A stretch of 64,000 bases of DNA, from NCBI GenBank assembly GCA_001275005.1, contig JWZX01003373.1, positions 1 through 64,000 of the forward strand, written 5' to 3'. This DNA is from Chrysochromulina tobinii (lineage: Eukaryota). The stretch's first letter is position 1. The number at the start of each line of letters is the position of its first letter. Shown here one piece after another: positions 34,181 through 46,591 of the stretch. Made by a program: the position numbers and the translations under genes. The notes under the pieces were generated by a model. The model was not told where the DNA came from. It did no database searches and worked only from the letters and a program-made list of their open reading frames with translations.

Positions 34181-35936
34181 ATGGGTGATGCCGCTGCCAG
34201 CGCCGCCCTGATGCAGGTGCAAGTGAGGGCAGATGTCACGGCCACAGCGCTGACAGAGGTCACGGCCACAGCGCTGACAGAGGTCACGGCCACAGCGCTG
34301 ACTGAGATGCAGGCCATCGCCTCAGCGACGCGGACGGCGCTGGAGGCGTCATGGGTGGCACTTGCTGCATGGACGAACGTGCTTCATCTAACAGTGCAGC
34401 CGCTCGTTCGCCTCGCTGTCATTGCATGGCCGTCTGTGAGAGACAGCGCCATCACGGGAGCACGCCTTGTAGCTGCCCAGCCACGCACGGTGATAGCCAT
34501 CGAGGCTGCGGTCATCGTCGCTGTGCTACTGCTCTGGCGCGTGATCGTATTCGTCCGCCGGAGGCGCTACATTTATCGCGCCCGCTCCGCGGTGACGCTC
34601 CGTTGCGAGCGCCTTGAGGCATACATTCGCCACCGTTCTCGCCTCCTGGCGTCCGCTTTGCCTCACCTAAGCTTCATCGTGGTCTGCGCATGCTGTGCTC
34701 GCCTGATGAGCTGGATAGGACTGCATGCTCAGGCGCTTGCTTTTTTGGTTTATTGGGAGACATCGCTCGCGACGGGCTTACCGATGTTTCGCTCGCTCTG
34801 GCTTTTGAAAGCCAGCCCTGCTGAGCAAAGGCCGTGCCTACAATACTGGGTGGTGTGGGCGAGCGTGGAGCTGTGCAAGGGCCTGCTGCATGCAGTGCCA
34901 TTCGTGCCGCGGCTGGGCCGCGCGGCACTGCCGCTGCTCGAGCGGTGGTGGCCGCTCACAATACTATACGAGATCCCTTTCTGTGCATACCTCTGGCTCC
35001 AGTTGCCAGGCCGGCGTGGGCTTCACCTCGCGTACGAGTTCGTGGCATGGCACGTTCAACGCCGAGCGGCCCGCATGGGAGAGTGGGTGCCCTCTGTGCC
35101 CGAGCCAGCCAAGGGCGGGCTCCAGATGGTGCTCGCCGCCTTCATCGGCATGAAACTGAGCGCCGACCTGTTCGCTGCAGTGCACGAGGGAAGAGTGTTG
35201 CTCGTGGGCATCATCTTCCTCCTCATGCCCACACAGATCGCCGCCTTTGGCTTGCCGCTGCTCGCGCTCGGGGGGCCGATGCTGCGCTCCATCGAGGCAA
35301 TCGCGTCAGCCCCAGCCAACAGTGGCGCGTCCGCCGCAATCTCAGCCCGGCCAAACGGCGGCACGGAGCCAAGCTCGCAGGCGGCAGCTACTCAGCAGCT
35401 TCGCTACTGGCTTTACCATGCTCTCATGTGGTTTGCGGTGCGCCAACTCGAGCCGGTGCTCGTGTGGATTCCGTTCATGACTCATCTGCAGCTGCTTTTC
35501 GTGCTCTGGCTCCAATGTAACATACTCCAATGGGTCGTGCGTGCGCTGACGCTCGTGCTGGCTGTCGTGCGCGGTTCGCGCCGCCGAGGGGATCGCGCGT
35601 CGGGCGAGGGCGACGACGCTGACAAAGGTAAGCGCCACTGCAGCCTGTCTCCTAACTTGCTCTCCTCGCCTCACAGCTTCTGCATTGTCGTTGACGTTCA
35701 CATGTGTCATTTGCGTGCGTCCAGCAGGTGACGCCGCGGCGGGTGCCGTTCGTCAGCCGCGTCCCAACGCGCTGTACGGCTCGCAACTTTCCCGAAGAGG
35801 AACCTCAAGTGGATCCGGATCCGGAGGCAACGGTAGCAGTGCCGATGACAACGCGGCGGGCGCCACCGATGCCGACGGCGGAAGCAGCAGAAGCGCAGCT
35901 CCAGTCATCACGGCAGGGCGCGTGAAGGCCGAGTGA
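34181..35936 (+). CDS. TB2/DP1/HVA22 (REEP/Yop1-like) membrane protein with two HVA22-like domains, 2 exons
   Basis: CLQYWVVW...YLWLQLP and QLRYWLY...VWIPF..LFVLWLQ. Intron from 35628 to a CAGCAG acceptor (35724 or 35727). Confidence 0.7.
34235..34306 (+). repeat. 24-bp coding tandem repeat, (VTATALTE)3
   Basis: GTCACGGCCACAGCGCTGACAGAG x3. Confidence 0.9.
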
Positions 35937-36032
35937 GGGGCGGCGACGGTGTGAACACTAGGTCCCGTGTGAACATATTCCGCATTTCTAGGCCTTTTCG
36001 CGAGCAGAGTTGAAATCGTCGGAGATCGCTGA

Positions 36033-36986
36033 ATGGTATTCGTCGCCCTCGCGCTGGCGGGCTTCGTGGCTTCTCCACGCCTGCCAGGACAACCGCAGGC
36101 TGCGCAGCCCTCTCTGGCCCAGCCCACGGGCGGTCACAGCGCCCTACGCACCTCGTCGTGCCATGCTTTTAGCTTCGCAGCTGCTTCACGTCTGTGCGGT
36201 GGCGCTGTCGAGGCGGCGCAGCGCCAACGCACTCCAACGGATCCAAGCATGATGGCTGCGGACTCGAAGACCGTGATGATTCTATTCGGACCGCCTGGTG
36301 CGGGGAAAGGCTCGCAAGCGCCGAAGATTGTCGAGACGCTCAGCATCCCGCAGTTATCCACGGGCGACATGCTCCGCGCCGCTGTTGCAGCCGGCACAGA
36401 GGTGGGCAAGATGGCCAAGGACGTGATGGCGTCAGGCGGTCTGGTCTCGGATGAACTTGTCGTTTCAATTATCCGCGATCGCATCCAGCAGGCCGATTGC
36501 AAGAACGGCTTCATCCTCGATGGCTTTCCACGCACAGTCCCGCAAGCCACAATGCTCGACAAGATGCTCGCTGCGTCCGGTGACAGGGTGAACCTGGTGC
36601 TCGCGTTGGAAGTACCCGACGAGGTGCTCACAGAGCGGATCTGTGGCCGCTGGGTGCATAAGAGCTCTGGCCGCAGCTACCACGTCAAATTTGCCAAGCC
36701 CAAGTCGCTCGCCGAGGGCGCCGCGCCCTCAGCGATGACGATGCTCGACGATGAGACGGGCGAGCCACTCATGCAGCGCGCCGACGACACTGAAGAGGCT
36801 CTCACCAAGCGGCTTCAGAGCTACCGCGATCAGACCGTGCCTATTCTCGCCCACTACGCGCCCACGGGAGTGGTCTCGCGCGTGAATGCGAACGTCCCGC
36901 CATCAGACGTCTGGGCGAGCATCGAAAAGGTTCTTCCCTCACGCTCTGGCGCGTATGAGTACAGTGCAGCCGAGGCCGTTTACTAA
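36033..36986 (+). CDS. ADK: Adenylate kinase, probably plastid-targeted
   Basis: [44 protein letters not shown] and QRADD. N-terminus [11 protein letters not shown] followed by a Ser/Arg/Ala-rich stretch resembles a bipartite presequence. Confidence 0.93.
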   Translation: MVFVALALAGFVASPRLPGQPQAAQPSLAQPTGGHSALRTSSCHAFSFAAASRLCGGAVEAAQRQRTPTDPSMMAADSKTVMILFGPPGAGKGSQAPKIVETLSIPQLSTGDMLRAAVAAGTEVGKMAKDVMASGGLVSDELVVSIIRDRIQQADCKNGFILDGFPRTVPQATMLDKMLAASGDRVNLVLALEVPDEVLTERICGRWVHKSSGRSYHVKFAKPKSLAEGAAPSAMTMLDDETGEPLMQRADDTEEALTKRLQSYRDQTVPILAHYAPTGVVSRVNANVPPSDVWASIEKVLPSRSGAYEYSAAEAVY

Positions 36987-37831
36987 TGCTGCATCGCGGC
37001 GCGTGAGCCGATGGTCGCCGCGGCGGGCGCTTCAGAGGGTGCGAAGACGACCATGTCGCAACATCAACCCGGAGCGCGCGGCGGTCGTCGGGCGAGTGGA
37101 TTGGCGCGTGGACTCCAGAGCCGAGCCGCGTGTAAGCCGCGTGCGTAGCCCGTGAACAGACCGGAATGTAAGACTCGTCGTCCTGCGAGCTCGGCTGTCG
37201 TGACGGTGTCGCCCGCGGCCAGACAGACGCCGCAGAGCGCAGAGCGCGGCGAGCGGAGGCCGACGGGCGTGGGGGGGAGCCAGCAAAAGCATTAGCACGT
37301 CCGGAACGAGGACAGCCCCTCTCGACGCCTGGCGAAATGCACAATCTTATATACAATCATAAGATGAATTTCCAGTTTTCATGTTCGGAATGACTCATCG
37401 AAAAGACTGCGGATGAGCGCGGACGTACGTCCGCCGGGACCCGGGTGGCGCGGGTGCGACCGCGTCCCGGGTCGTGCGGCCGCGCGGGCCGCTTTTCCCC
37501 GGCGCGGCGGACCGCGCGTCCCGGGTGCCGATCCGAGACCCGCAAAGAGAACCAGCAGGCACCACCACTGCCTTCACCGCGTGCGCCGTGGCGTGTCTGA
37601 CGCGACCGGAAAATAAACGCCAGAAGCCGCTTTCGCGCATGTATGGGAACGGCAACGGGTACCCGCGTGGAGCTCGTAAACTGGTGTGTGCGCCGATGAA
37701 AGTCATCAGTCACGATCGCCGTCTCTTCGGCACGACACCCGTCGTATAGTAACGGCACACCTGTCGTCGCGCTACCAACGAGAGCCTGGAGCCATCATCG
37801 TGCCGAAACCATAAAGAGGCAGAGGCCGCGT

Positions 37832-39067
37832 TCACTGAAAGCGTTCACTGCCACTGACGATCGTGGATGCTCTCCTCCACGCGCCCACCATGCGCGAGCG
37901 GTATACGGCGATCGTTGTAAGCACCAGCAAAAGGGCTCCGAACTGCAATACTGGAATGCCCGCCGCGGGCAGAGGGGTGTACACACTGATTCCGCTCGCC
38001 CAAGGTGTGAGCTCCGATGGTGGCGCGGGGAGCACTGTAGCAGTTACAGCAGCAGCTTCGGCGCCAGCAGGCGCTTCAGGATCCGATGGTCGCTCTGAAG
38101 AGCTCGGATCCGAAGACTCGGACTGCGTCTTTTGTATGATGATCGTCGAGTCGAGGCCGCCGCCCGCGTGCGCGCCTGTGATCGTGTAAAACCATGCGTT
38201 GTTATCCAGGATGCGCTCGATGGCGAACGGCAGGCCGGGACCAAGGGAGAGCGCCTCCCTTGCGGCTTGTTGATTTGCTATGGTGGGGATCAGCCGCTTG
38301 ATAAAGGGGTGTTCGGACGGTCTCTGCACGTAGTGACACTCGTGGCCACAGTTGGTGTTGTTGGTCGGCGCTCGACGCTCTTGATCCGCCCCAGCTGCGC
38401 CTCGCATCCATGGGAGTGCGCCGATAGTCAGGTCTTCGATGATGTAGAAGCCGCCGTCTTGCAGACGTGGCCACAACGCTTCCAAAGCGACGAGCTGGTG
38501 AGCAAGCGCGTGGGATGCATCATCGATGATCACGTCGACACCGCCCGCTGGCAGCGGCAGCTCAAGCAACATCGTGCGATTTGACGAATCGACGCCGAAA
38601 AGCGGGTGCACACGCGGGGCCGTCCACACATTCGCATCGTCAAGGCAGCCATGGCGGCGCTTCTGTCGAATGGCCCACGCAAACTGCTTCTTGTCCGAAA
38701 ATCGCGTCACGTCCACATCAACGATCCAAAAGTGCGCGCGCGGAAAGTACTCCCTCCATGCATTGAGACTAGCTGCGGTCTCGTCACCAACACCGAGCTC
38801 TAGGATGTTTTGGACGCGCCAACGAATAGGTCGCAGAACCGTGTCATAAGCAGCGCCGTAGTTGTGCTTCGACAGCCAGTATGTGCCCTTGTCGGAGCAG
38901 TATTTGTTGAACAGCGTGTTGAGCATGGAGTTGTGGTGCTGCGCCTTCCGATTTGGAAGACACGCTGCGCCTTGCGTCTTGAAGCAGTCAGGGAAGCCTT
39001 CCTCAGTCCAGAGGAGCACGATTGGTAACGACGCAAGAACTATCGACATGTAAAGGACACGCGGCAT
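37832..39067 (-). CDS. Class I SAM-dependent O-methyltransferase-like protein with N- and C-terminal hydrophobic segments
   Basis: SDK..HNY..Y, ILELGV, SLNAWREYFP, DVIIDDASH and LWPRLQDGGFYIIEDL. Confidence 0.75.
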   Translation of the reverse strand: MPRVLYMSIVLASLPIVLLWTEEGFPDCFKTQGAACLPNRKAQHHNSMLNTLFNKYCSDKGTYWLSKHNYGAAYDTVLRPIRWRVQNILELGVGDETAASLNAWREYFPRAHFWIVDVDVTRFSDKKQFAWAIRQKRRHGCLDDANVWTAPRVHPLFGVDSSNRTMLLELPLPAGGVDVIIDDASHALAHQLVALEALWPRLQDGGFYIIEDLTIGALPWMRGAAGADQERRAPTNNTNCGHECHYVQRPSEHPFIKRLIPTIANQQAAREALSLGPGLPFAIERILDNNAWFYTITGAHAGGGLDSTIIIQKTQSESSDPSSSERPSDPEAPAGAEAAAVTATVLPAPPSELTPWASGISVYTPLPAAGIPVLQFGALLLVLTTIAVYRSRMVGAWRRASTIVSGSERFQ

Positions 39068-39243
39068 GGCCCGTGAGCACCCGGCGTCCCCTAGTCGGCC
39101 GCCGCGGCCGCGATTACACCGGCCACAGGCACAGCGGCTCCGAGAAAAGGACCCGCAGCTGTGAAAACGAAGAGCCGTCTGTGAAATCTTCTCAGTCACG
39201 GGACTTTATCTATATACGCCGCGGTAGTGTGTCACCTTCGTAT

Positions 39244-42200
39244 TTAAAGGCCTGTCTGCGGGCTGCCCGGCCTCCGCGAGAGTATGCGGCTCGTGTGCTG
39301 CTCGTGCGACTGCTTCGCGAGGAGTGCAATCAACTCGACGATTTCCAACGAGGAAGGTTTCTTGGAGCCGGCAGGAAGCTCCCGGGCAGAGACGCCGAGG
39401 GAGGCGCCTTCACTGGCGACGATGGCAGTAGGAACACCGGGGACGGGGCCGCAGTGAGCCGCGCGCCTCGCCGCAGCCGCTTGCTGCACAGCAGGCACCA
39501 CGTCGTGAATAGCGTTGCGCGGTCGCAGCGTTGTGAGCAGTCTCAGCACGTGCGCACACGCATCAGGACTCGAGCTGCAGAGTGTCTCGACGCGGCGCAA
39601 CGTTTGCGGCGTGAGCTGGTCCACCCCTAGGAGCGCTGCTAGCTCGCGCAACCGAGCCGAAAAATCCAGTTGCTCGCTGTGTTGCTGGCTGTGTGGCGCG
39701 TGGCGGTACACCTCGAGAGGCGCGTGCGCTTCTATGGCCGAGACGAAAGCACGCTCGCTGAGTCGCACCCGCTCGATCCTCGCAAGCTCGAGCAGCGCGG
39801 GCACATTGCGCCACCCCTCCTTGCGGCTCTGGCTGCAAGCGTGGAGGGCGCGCTCGAGCAGTCGGCCCGTGGGCGCCTGGTCAGCTTTGCGCAGCCGCCA
39901 GATCAGCACAGGCAGGCGGTCTTGCTCGAGGCCATCTTGCGCGGCCAGGCAGAGGATCTCACCCTGGACGAGCGCCGCTAATGATGGCGCAGCGCGCGCC
40001 AGCGAGCCGTCTGTAGTCGAGGGTGTGACGTCGCCCTGCGCCTCCATCGCGACTAGTTCGCCGTCGCTGGCTATATGCGCGCCGCCCTCAAATTCGAAGC
40101 TCTCTAAGTGCCGCACCGCCTGCCACCCGACGCCAGCCGCGACGCCCGCCTTCAGCGTGTGCAGCAGTGCCCGCCGCGGCAGCACTACCCCCTGCTCAGC
40201 AATCTCGTCGAGCAGCCTGACGGTGGCGCTCCACGGCGGCGGTGGATTCGCCGCCCCATATGCATGCAACGCCTTGCCGTAGTCCTCACCCCGCACTCGC
40301 ACATTCGCCTCCCTGGCTACGCTGAGGACATGCGCTGCCTCGCGCCAGGCTCGATTCGCCACGCACGCTTGCAGACCAAAGTTGATCGCGTGCGGCTTGT
40401 GCAGCAGGCCGCGCTCGGGCATGAGCGCAATCAGCGCGAGCGTTTGGGGCAGCGGTGCGTTTGCGATGGAGCATGCCAACAGTGCCGCGTGATGCAGCCG
40501 CGTGCGCGCGTTCATGTCGAGCGGCGCTCCCATGCCGTCACCGCGACCACCGTCAAAGAGGCCGAGGCGCAGCTCAGATCGCAACGGCGGTGGGCACGCT
40601 GGCGCATCCGTGGTGAGCCCATCGCGGCCGTGTGCGATCACGCGCCGGCGCGCCGCCTCGAGCTCGACCTCATGCAGTAGCTGCAGCACGATTGGGTACT
40701 CGCCGAAAGCAGCCGCAGCAGTCGCAGCACTCACAATCGAGTAGCCATCAGGACGCAGCCCTGCAGCTGGCATCGAGTAAAGCAGCCGGAATGCCTCCGC
40801 GACCTCTGAAGAGCGCGCGCACAGCTCGATCGCGGCCGCATACGTGCGCTCTGTCGGCACGACGCCACGCTTGAGCATCCCTGGCATTAACGCAAGGGCG
40901 CGCTGCCAGGGGGGGGCGCTGCCCGGCCGCATACTGCTCACCGAACTACTGCCTCGGCTGCCGCCCGATCCGATCCGATCCGATCCGAGCGACACAGCGG
41001 GCTTGAGCTCGCTCGCGTGCGAGGACGCCAGCAGAGCGCCGTCAAATGTGCTCGGGCCGGGGCTGCTGGCAGCTGCCAGCCGCCGCTGGTGCCAAGCAAG
41101 GCTTTTCAAGCTCTTTGCCTGTGCGGCGGTTGGGCGGCACGCGGTGAGCAGGTGGAGGTACGTGATCTCGTCGGGCGCGAGGCCCTGGCGCTCCAGCTCG
41201 TCGAGCACCGCGAACGCCTCGTCGCCGCTCTCTCCAGCCGCGCTGACCACTTGCAGCAAGCAGTTGTAGCTCCTCGTCGTTAGCGAGAGCTTCTCTTGCC
41301 GCATCTGCGCAACCAGAGCGCGCGCGGTGCGCACGTCGGCTCCGTCATGCCGACACGCGGTGATGGCCGCGTGGTACGCTTCCGCCGGGGCGCCCACGCC
41401 GAGCGTCTTCATCCGCGGCAGCAGCTCGAGTGCGGCCTCTTTGTCACAGCTCTCGTCGCATGCAGCGATGGCGGCTGCGTAGGCTTGGCCGATCTCCGGT
41501 TGGCGGACGCGCGTCGAATGCTGCTGGTGCACCCATACCTCCATCATGCCCACGAGCTGCAGTGCTTCCCCAGAGCGGCCAGACTGCTTCGCACAGCCGG
41601 AAAGCGCATTCAGGAAGGCGCGCGCATCCAGCTGTGCACCCTGCGCCAGCAGCTGCTGCAGCGAACGCAGCCCGGGCGTGCCGGCGGCGTCGCACAGCGC
41701 CCGGTCCGTGCTCGACGCCCACACCAATGCCCCTGTCGAGCGCGGCGACAAGCCGCGGGTAGCCTCCTGGGTGCCTCTCCGGCTGACGGCAGCCTCGAGC
41801 TGCGGCCGAAGCGCCTTCGCGAGCTGCGAGCTTCCGGGCGTCCCCGCTCCGGCGCGTATCACGGCTGCGAAACTCTGCTCGTCGGGCTGCAGCCCAGACT
41901 GCTGCATGCGCAGGAGCAAGCTGCGGCGGACCAAGGGCAACAAGTGGTGTGAGTCAGGATGGCGGCAGGCGAGGAGGCGGGGACCTTGCAGCGCAGCGCG
42001 CAGGTGTGGTGGTGCGAGTTGGATACGTGCGGCATGCGCGCGCGGGCGAGCGTCGGTGGGCCAGTTGGGCACCTCATTCCTTGATCCCAGCGCTTATCCC
42101 GTGCATATGCCTCCAGCAACGCATTATGCGCCACCAACGAGGGGCGCATGCCGCGCCGCCCAAACTCTTTCAGCACGCCCCGGGCGTGCTCGGCCGCGCC

Positions 42201-42443
42201 TCGATCTGCGAGCGTGGTCGCGAGGCGAACAAGGTCCTCACGAGTTAGACCTTGCTCGCACGCTCGCAGCTCGGTGACCATGCCATTGACCTCCGCCGCT
42301 GGTACCCGCCCAACCAAGCGTAAGTGATGCGCTTTGTAGCATCCCCGTCCCGCGCAGCACGATGCATCGTTGGCAGCAGCCGCTTTCCGCGCCACCGTGT
42401 TCGGCAGCCGCGCCAGCGTGGAGGGGGATCCAAGGCGCTTCAT
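39244..42443 (-). CDS. Pentatricopeptide-repeat (PPR) protein, 2 exons
   Basis: Repeats such as GMRPSLVAHNALLEAYA, GLQPDEQSFAAVI, GLAPDEITYLHLLTAC and GVVPTERTYAAAIELCA. Intron 41921-42072. Start at 42443 or further upstream (up to 42539). Confidence 0.85.
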
Positions 42444-43062
42444 GCAGCTTGCGTGGCGACGTCGATGCAGTTTTTCCGTTTTCTCTAAGTTTTGTATTGG
42501 GGAGCCGGGCTCTACGGGCTTCAAGCTCACCATGGGCATGTCTCCCTTCTAAACAGCTCCTGTGCGGTACCCTCCATGGTGTGTTTGTGAAGTGAGAGTG
42601 TGAATTTGAATGTGTGTACTTGTGTGAATGCGCGTGGTTTCTAACACACGAGACACTAACGAGACACACCCGGGGACACGGGCACACATGGATCACACAG
42701 ACGAACCTCACAACCATCCCAACCCACCAACGCACCCGCACCGCATGACCGCGCGCGACCAGGTCTGCGCGCGACGACCGAATCCGACTCGCGACCGGGT
42801 GAGGTCACTTCGAGAATTACCCGATCCGCCGCGCGCCGGCGCCCGGCCCCGGGGGGCGCTCGTCCGTCCGACGAGCGACGTACGTCGACATTGAACTCAC
42901 AGCCGCATCCCCGGAGCCGACCGCTGCTCTCCGCGGCCGACTATGGGTGTCGAATAATAACCAAATTGGTTGTGAATATTCCTATGTTTCGATGTTTTGG
43001 GGTTGGGTGAGAGCCTTAAATATAAAAACTTTGGTCACACAGGCCGCACATTAGTCCGGTCA

Positions 43063-43776
43063 TTACCGGATACCGCGGTTTTCATCGTCTCGTCTTCCAG
43101 ACTTCCACACCGTATCGAAAGCCACAGGGTCAAAACATCTCGCCACCAAATACATTTCGGCGCTCGCAAGACGGGAAGCGGGCGGTTTGGCAAGCACGCC
43201 CGAGCTGAAGAAGCGCCTCGACAGCTGCAGCAACGGCTGCAGCTCCGACCCTTGCAGCACCTTGCCCACAAACGAGCCCCCTGGGCGAAGCACCTTCCGA
43301 GCAAAGGAGAAACTTTGCTCAAGCAAGGCAACGAGCCGCGCTTCGTCGAGTGATTTATTCCCGCTCCGGTTGGGACTCACGTCACTCAGCAACAGGTCGC
43401 ACAATTCGCCGTTGAGCCGTCCAACCACATCTTGTTGCACCGTCTTCTCTGTGAAGTCACCCTTGACAAAGTCCACGCCCACGAGTGGCTCGAGTGGCAG
43501 CATATCGACCGCAATGACGCGCATGCCTTTGGCGACCAGAACCTGCGACCATGAGCCTGGTGCCGCTCCCAGCTCCACGGCAACGCCGTCCTTCCGAAGC
43601 AGTGGCGGCCGAAAACGGGCGTCCATCTGAAGCAGCTTGTATGCCGCACGAGAGCGATACCCGTCCCTCAGCGCCTTGCGCACATACTCATCCGCAAGGT
43701 GGCGCGCACACCAGCGACTGGACGAGCCGCTCTTCGTCGCGAAACTTCGAGCAGAGCCGAGGCAGGGAACTCGCAT
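43063..43776 (-). CDS. MRM2: RrmJ/FtsJ-family rRNA 2'-O-methyltransferase (mitochondrial MRM2-like)
   Basis: SSRW..RH..D.YV, YRSRAAYKL, ELGAAPGSWSQV, LLSDVSPN, KPPASR..SAEMY; K-D-K-E tetrad present. Confidence 0.88.
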   Translation of the reverse strand: MRVPCLGSARSFATKSGSSSRWCARHLADEYVRKALRDGYRSRAAYKLLQMDARFRPPLLRKDGVAVELGAAPGSWSQVLVAKGMRVIAVDMLPLEPLVGVDFVKGDFTEKTVQQDVVGRLNGELCDLLLSDVSPNRSGNKSLDEARLVALLEQSFSFARKVLRPGGSFVGKVLQGSELQPLLQLSRRFFSSGVLAKPPASRLASAEMYLVARCFDPVAFDTVWKSGRRDDENRGIR

Positions 43777-43934
43777 ATGACGTTTATGTCGTCGACGTCT
43801 TCGCGCGTGTTCGTGAACAGAACCGATGGCTGTGAAGAAATCCGAAAACTGTATGTTAATTCTAACTTCTCGCTACCCGTTTTGGGAAAACGCTCCGCCG
43901 AATTATCGGTGTCAGGCGCGTGAACGAGGCCGTA

Positions 43935-44834
43935 ATGCGCGACGCCTTTTCCCTTGGCGTATGCTTGCTTCTGACTCACGCTGTCGTTGTGGGCGTCATA
44001 CGCTTCATTCGTCCAAGCGTTCAGCCCGCTGGTTCGCCGTCGTCCTTAAGTGCGTCTGTGGAGCGGCTAGCACACATAGAGCGCCTCATCGGCAGCCTTG
44101 ACGAGCGCTTGCAGCATTTGGACGATCAGCTGGACGTCATGGATAGGCGGCTACGCAGGGGACTTGTGCAACGCTCCGCGGCAACTGCAGCGATGGTGAA
44201 TGCGCAGCCGGTGAACGCTGAGATCCCAGCGGTGGTGCCCACTCGCATGCCCCGAAGTTCACACGCATCGGGAGCCAGCCCTTGGCTAACGAGTCTTCTC
44301 GAGGACATGCAACAAAATCCAAAACCCAGCGCCGTGAGATTTGTGGCGGCTGCAGACGAGGACCCTGCCGTGGCCAGCTCCAGCGGTGCATATCATGGCA
44401 GCGACGGCAAAAGCTCGAAGATGCAACAACCCTCTGCTGGCAAAATCGCCGCGGCCGTTGCCACCACACCGGTCTTAGTACCAGATGGCTCGACCAGCCA
44501 ACCACTGGCCAAGAAGCCACCTGCCGTGGCGTCGCGGAAGAAGCCCAAGCCGATCAAGGAAGAGGACTGGGAGGCAGAGTGGGAAAAAGAGGATAAGGCC
44601 GAGCGGGTGCAAGACAGCAGTAGTCGCAGTGGCACGAGCACATGGGGATCGAACAGCCTGCTGGAAGAGCTCGCGAAGCTGCTAGGCCAGCAGCCCGGAT
44701 CGAAGGCGAAGAGCAAACGACGCAAGGCAGGCAAGGCGAAAGGCAAGGCGAAACCGGGCGCTTTGACAGCCGGCGGAGATGCAGCTGGCGAGGAACGAGA
44801 CGACGACTTTGTCATCCAGGATGTCCCTGAATGA
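43935..44834 (+). CDS. Hypothetical protein with N-terminal TM helix and coiled coil
   Basis: About 299-aa ORF with a hydrophobic start, heptads (VERLAHIERLIGSLDERLQHLDDQLDVMD) and a charged tail. Confidence 0.55.
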   Translation: MRDAFSLGVCLLLTHAVVVGVIRFIRPSVQPAGSPSSLSASVERLAHIERLIGSLDERLQHLDDQLDVMDRRLRRGLVQRSAATAAMVNAQPVNAEIPAVVPTRMPRSSHASGASPWLTSLLEDMQQNPKPSAVRFVAAADEDPAVASSSGAYHGSDGKSSKMQQPSAGKIAAAVATTPVLVPDGSTSQPLAKKPPAVASRKKPKPIKEEDWEAEWEKEDKAERVQDSSSRSGTSTWGSNSLLEELAKLLGQQPGSKAKSKRRKAGKAKGKAKPGALTAGGDAAGEERDDDFVIQDVPE

Positions 44835-44923
44835 CCGTGTTAGAAGTGTAGCCTTTTTGTGTGAACGGAACCGTTTTTTTAGGTGTGAATCTATGTTGGT
44901 GTGAATTCACAAATAGAGTCAGA

Positions 44924-46591
44924 ATGGCGAAGCCGGACTTAGTCGCATTCGTGACCTCGCATTTCTTGGTTGACAAAGGTTCGCTACTAGCGTCGGAGGA
45001 CGCCTGGCGTTCGCCGCCGAAGTGCGCCTCCTACGGATGTGCACTGATCCAGTGGGCGCGGCAGGCCCATGCGATCGCCTCGCAGGTGCGCAGGCTCTCA
45101 GGTGAGTCTGCGAGTGTGCATATGTTCACGCCGTGCTTACACCCCAGCATCGGAGCGGCCCTGAGCGCCGATGACGCTGCGGTTCGTGTCGTGGTGCATC
45201 GCCACTACCACGGGGGGCTGCAACGAGCCATCTCATCTCTGCACGAGTACGCAGAGAAGGCCCGCTGCTGCCATGAATGGCGTGGAAAGGCGGTTTATAT
45301 GATGCTGCGTTGGGTGATTTTTGCCATGGAACGCGAAGCACGCGTAGCCGTCTACCTCGACCTCGACGTTGAGATCATGCCACGCCTGTCGGCGCTACTC
45401 GCGGAGATGCCGGGAGCAACTCGTGACAGCGACGACCTCGTCACAGCGACTGGCCGCGACTGGGCAGCACTAGTCAGCTGTTTCGACCGGAGTCGTCAGT
45501 TCGCACTGCTCTCATACCCGGATCACTCGTCGCCCGTCCATGGCGCAGTCTTGATCGCAAGGCCCAACATGACCCTCTTCAAGGACGGCATCGCGCTCAT
45601 TCGGCGAACCGGAGCTTTCGGGCCCTTCAATCTCACACTAGGGTGGGATCATGTGCGTGGGTCGTCATTGACTCGCCCATCATTGAGTGCCATTGATTGC
45701 CACTGATCGCCTCCCTATTACATGCAGGTCGGCCCGCCGCACGAAGTGGTCTCCCATGATGACCACATCTGGAGGCGCCGGCGTGGACATACGCATCTGC
45801 TCGACAAGGACAATTGGGACTTTGTGAACGCAGACACGGACCAGGGGTTCTTCTTCCACATGCTCCGTGTGCGAAACAAGCTCGGAGGCGACCTGAGGCT
45901 CACCGAGTGCGCAGAGGACGAGCCTGGCGCTAAACGCTCGTGGCCAAAGCGCGCGCCGCCATCTAGCCCGGAGACGTTCTGGTTCCACTATGGCGCCATG
46001 GGTGGCGAGAAGCCGGACGGTGTGCTCCGAAGGTGGCATTGGGTCCAGTCCCAGCGCGTGTGCGCGCGAGTGGAATCGATCAATTACTTTGCGGATGGCT
46101 CGGAGGTGCTCTTACGCAGCTTACTTTGGGCGAGGCGGGCAGTCGCTGAGGTTGACTACCTTCAGCGCTGGCTAGCCGAGCAGCCGCACGCCCTTAAAGG
46201 TACAGGAGCGAAGTCGGTGCCAGCGATTCAACTGGACATCTGTGCTGCTTCTCTGGCAACGGGCCTTGGCTGCCTCGCCCAAAACAACAAGAGCACCATC
46301 AACATCGGAGGCCGGCCCGCGCGAGTACGTGGACGCCACCCAGCCTGGAAGACGTCTCGCAGCGCCACGCTGGCTGAAATAGTCTCGATGCTAATACCCC
46401 GTGCCGAAGATTCGACGGAGCTTGCGAGGCAAGGCACGCGCCTTGCGGCGTCTCTCGGAGGGGAACACGCCTTTCTGGGGCGAGCAATCCCGCTGCTCGC
46501 GTCCGCGCAGAGGATCGGTGGCTCTTACACAATCGTGCCTCGCTGGAATGATGTGGGCGTCCAAAGGCACAAGGGCGCGGCACCGCACTGA
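44924..46591 (+). CDS. GT8-like nucleotide-diphospho-sugar transferase, 2 exons
   Basis: MLRWVIF, VYLDLDVE (DxD), DHSSPVHGAVLIARP and WDFVNADTDQGFFFHML. Phase-0 GT-AG intron 45653-45727. Confidence 0.65.

Noticed and set aside
34235..34306. Regular short repeats here and at 2961-3039, 10355-10410 and 62353-62388 as possible CRISPR-like arrays
   Set aside because: Tandem with no unique spacers of uniform length, mostly in-frame coding, and no cas genes in a eukaryotic context.
42560..42745. GT-rich stretch followed by CA-rich stretch as possible inverted-repeat element
   Set aside because: Only a compositional strand switch; I could not align true complementary arms.
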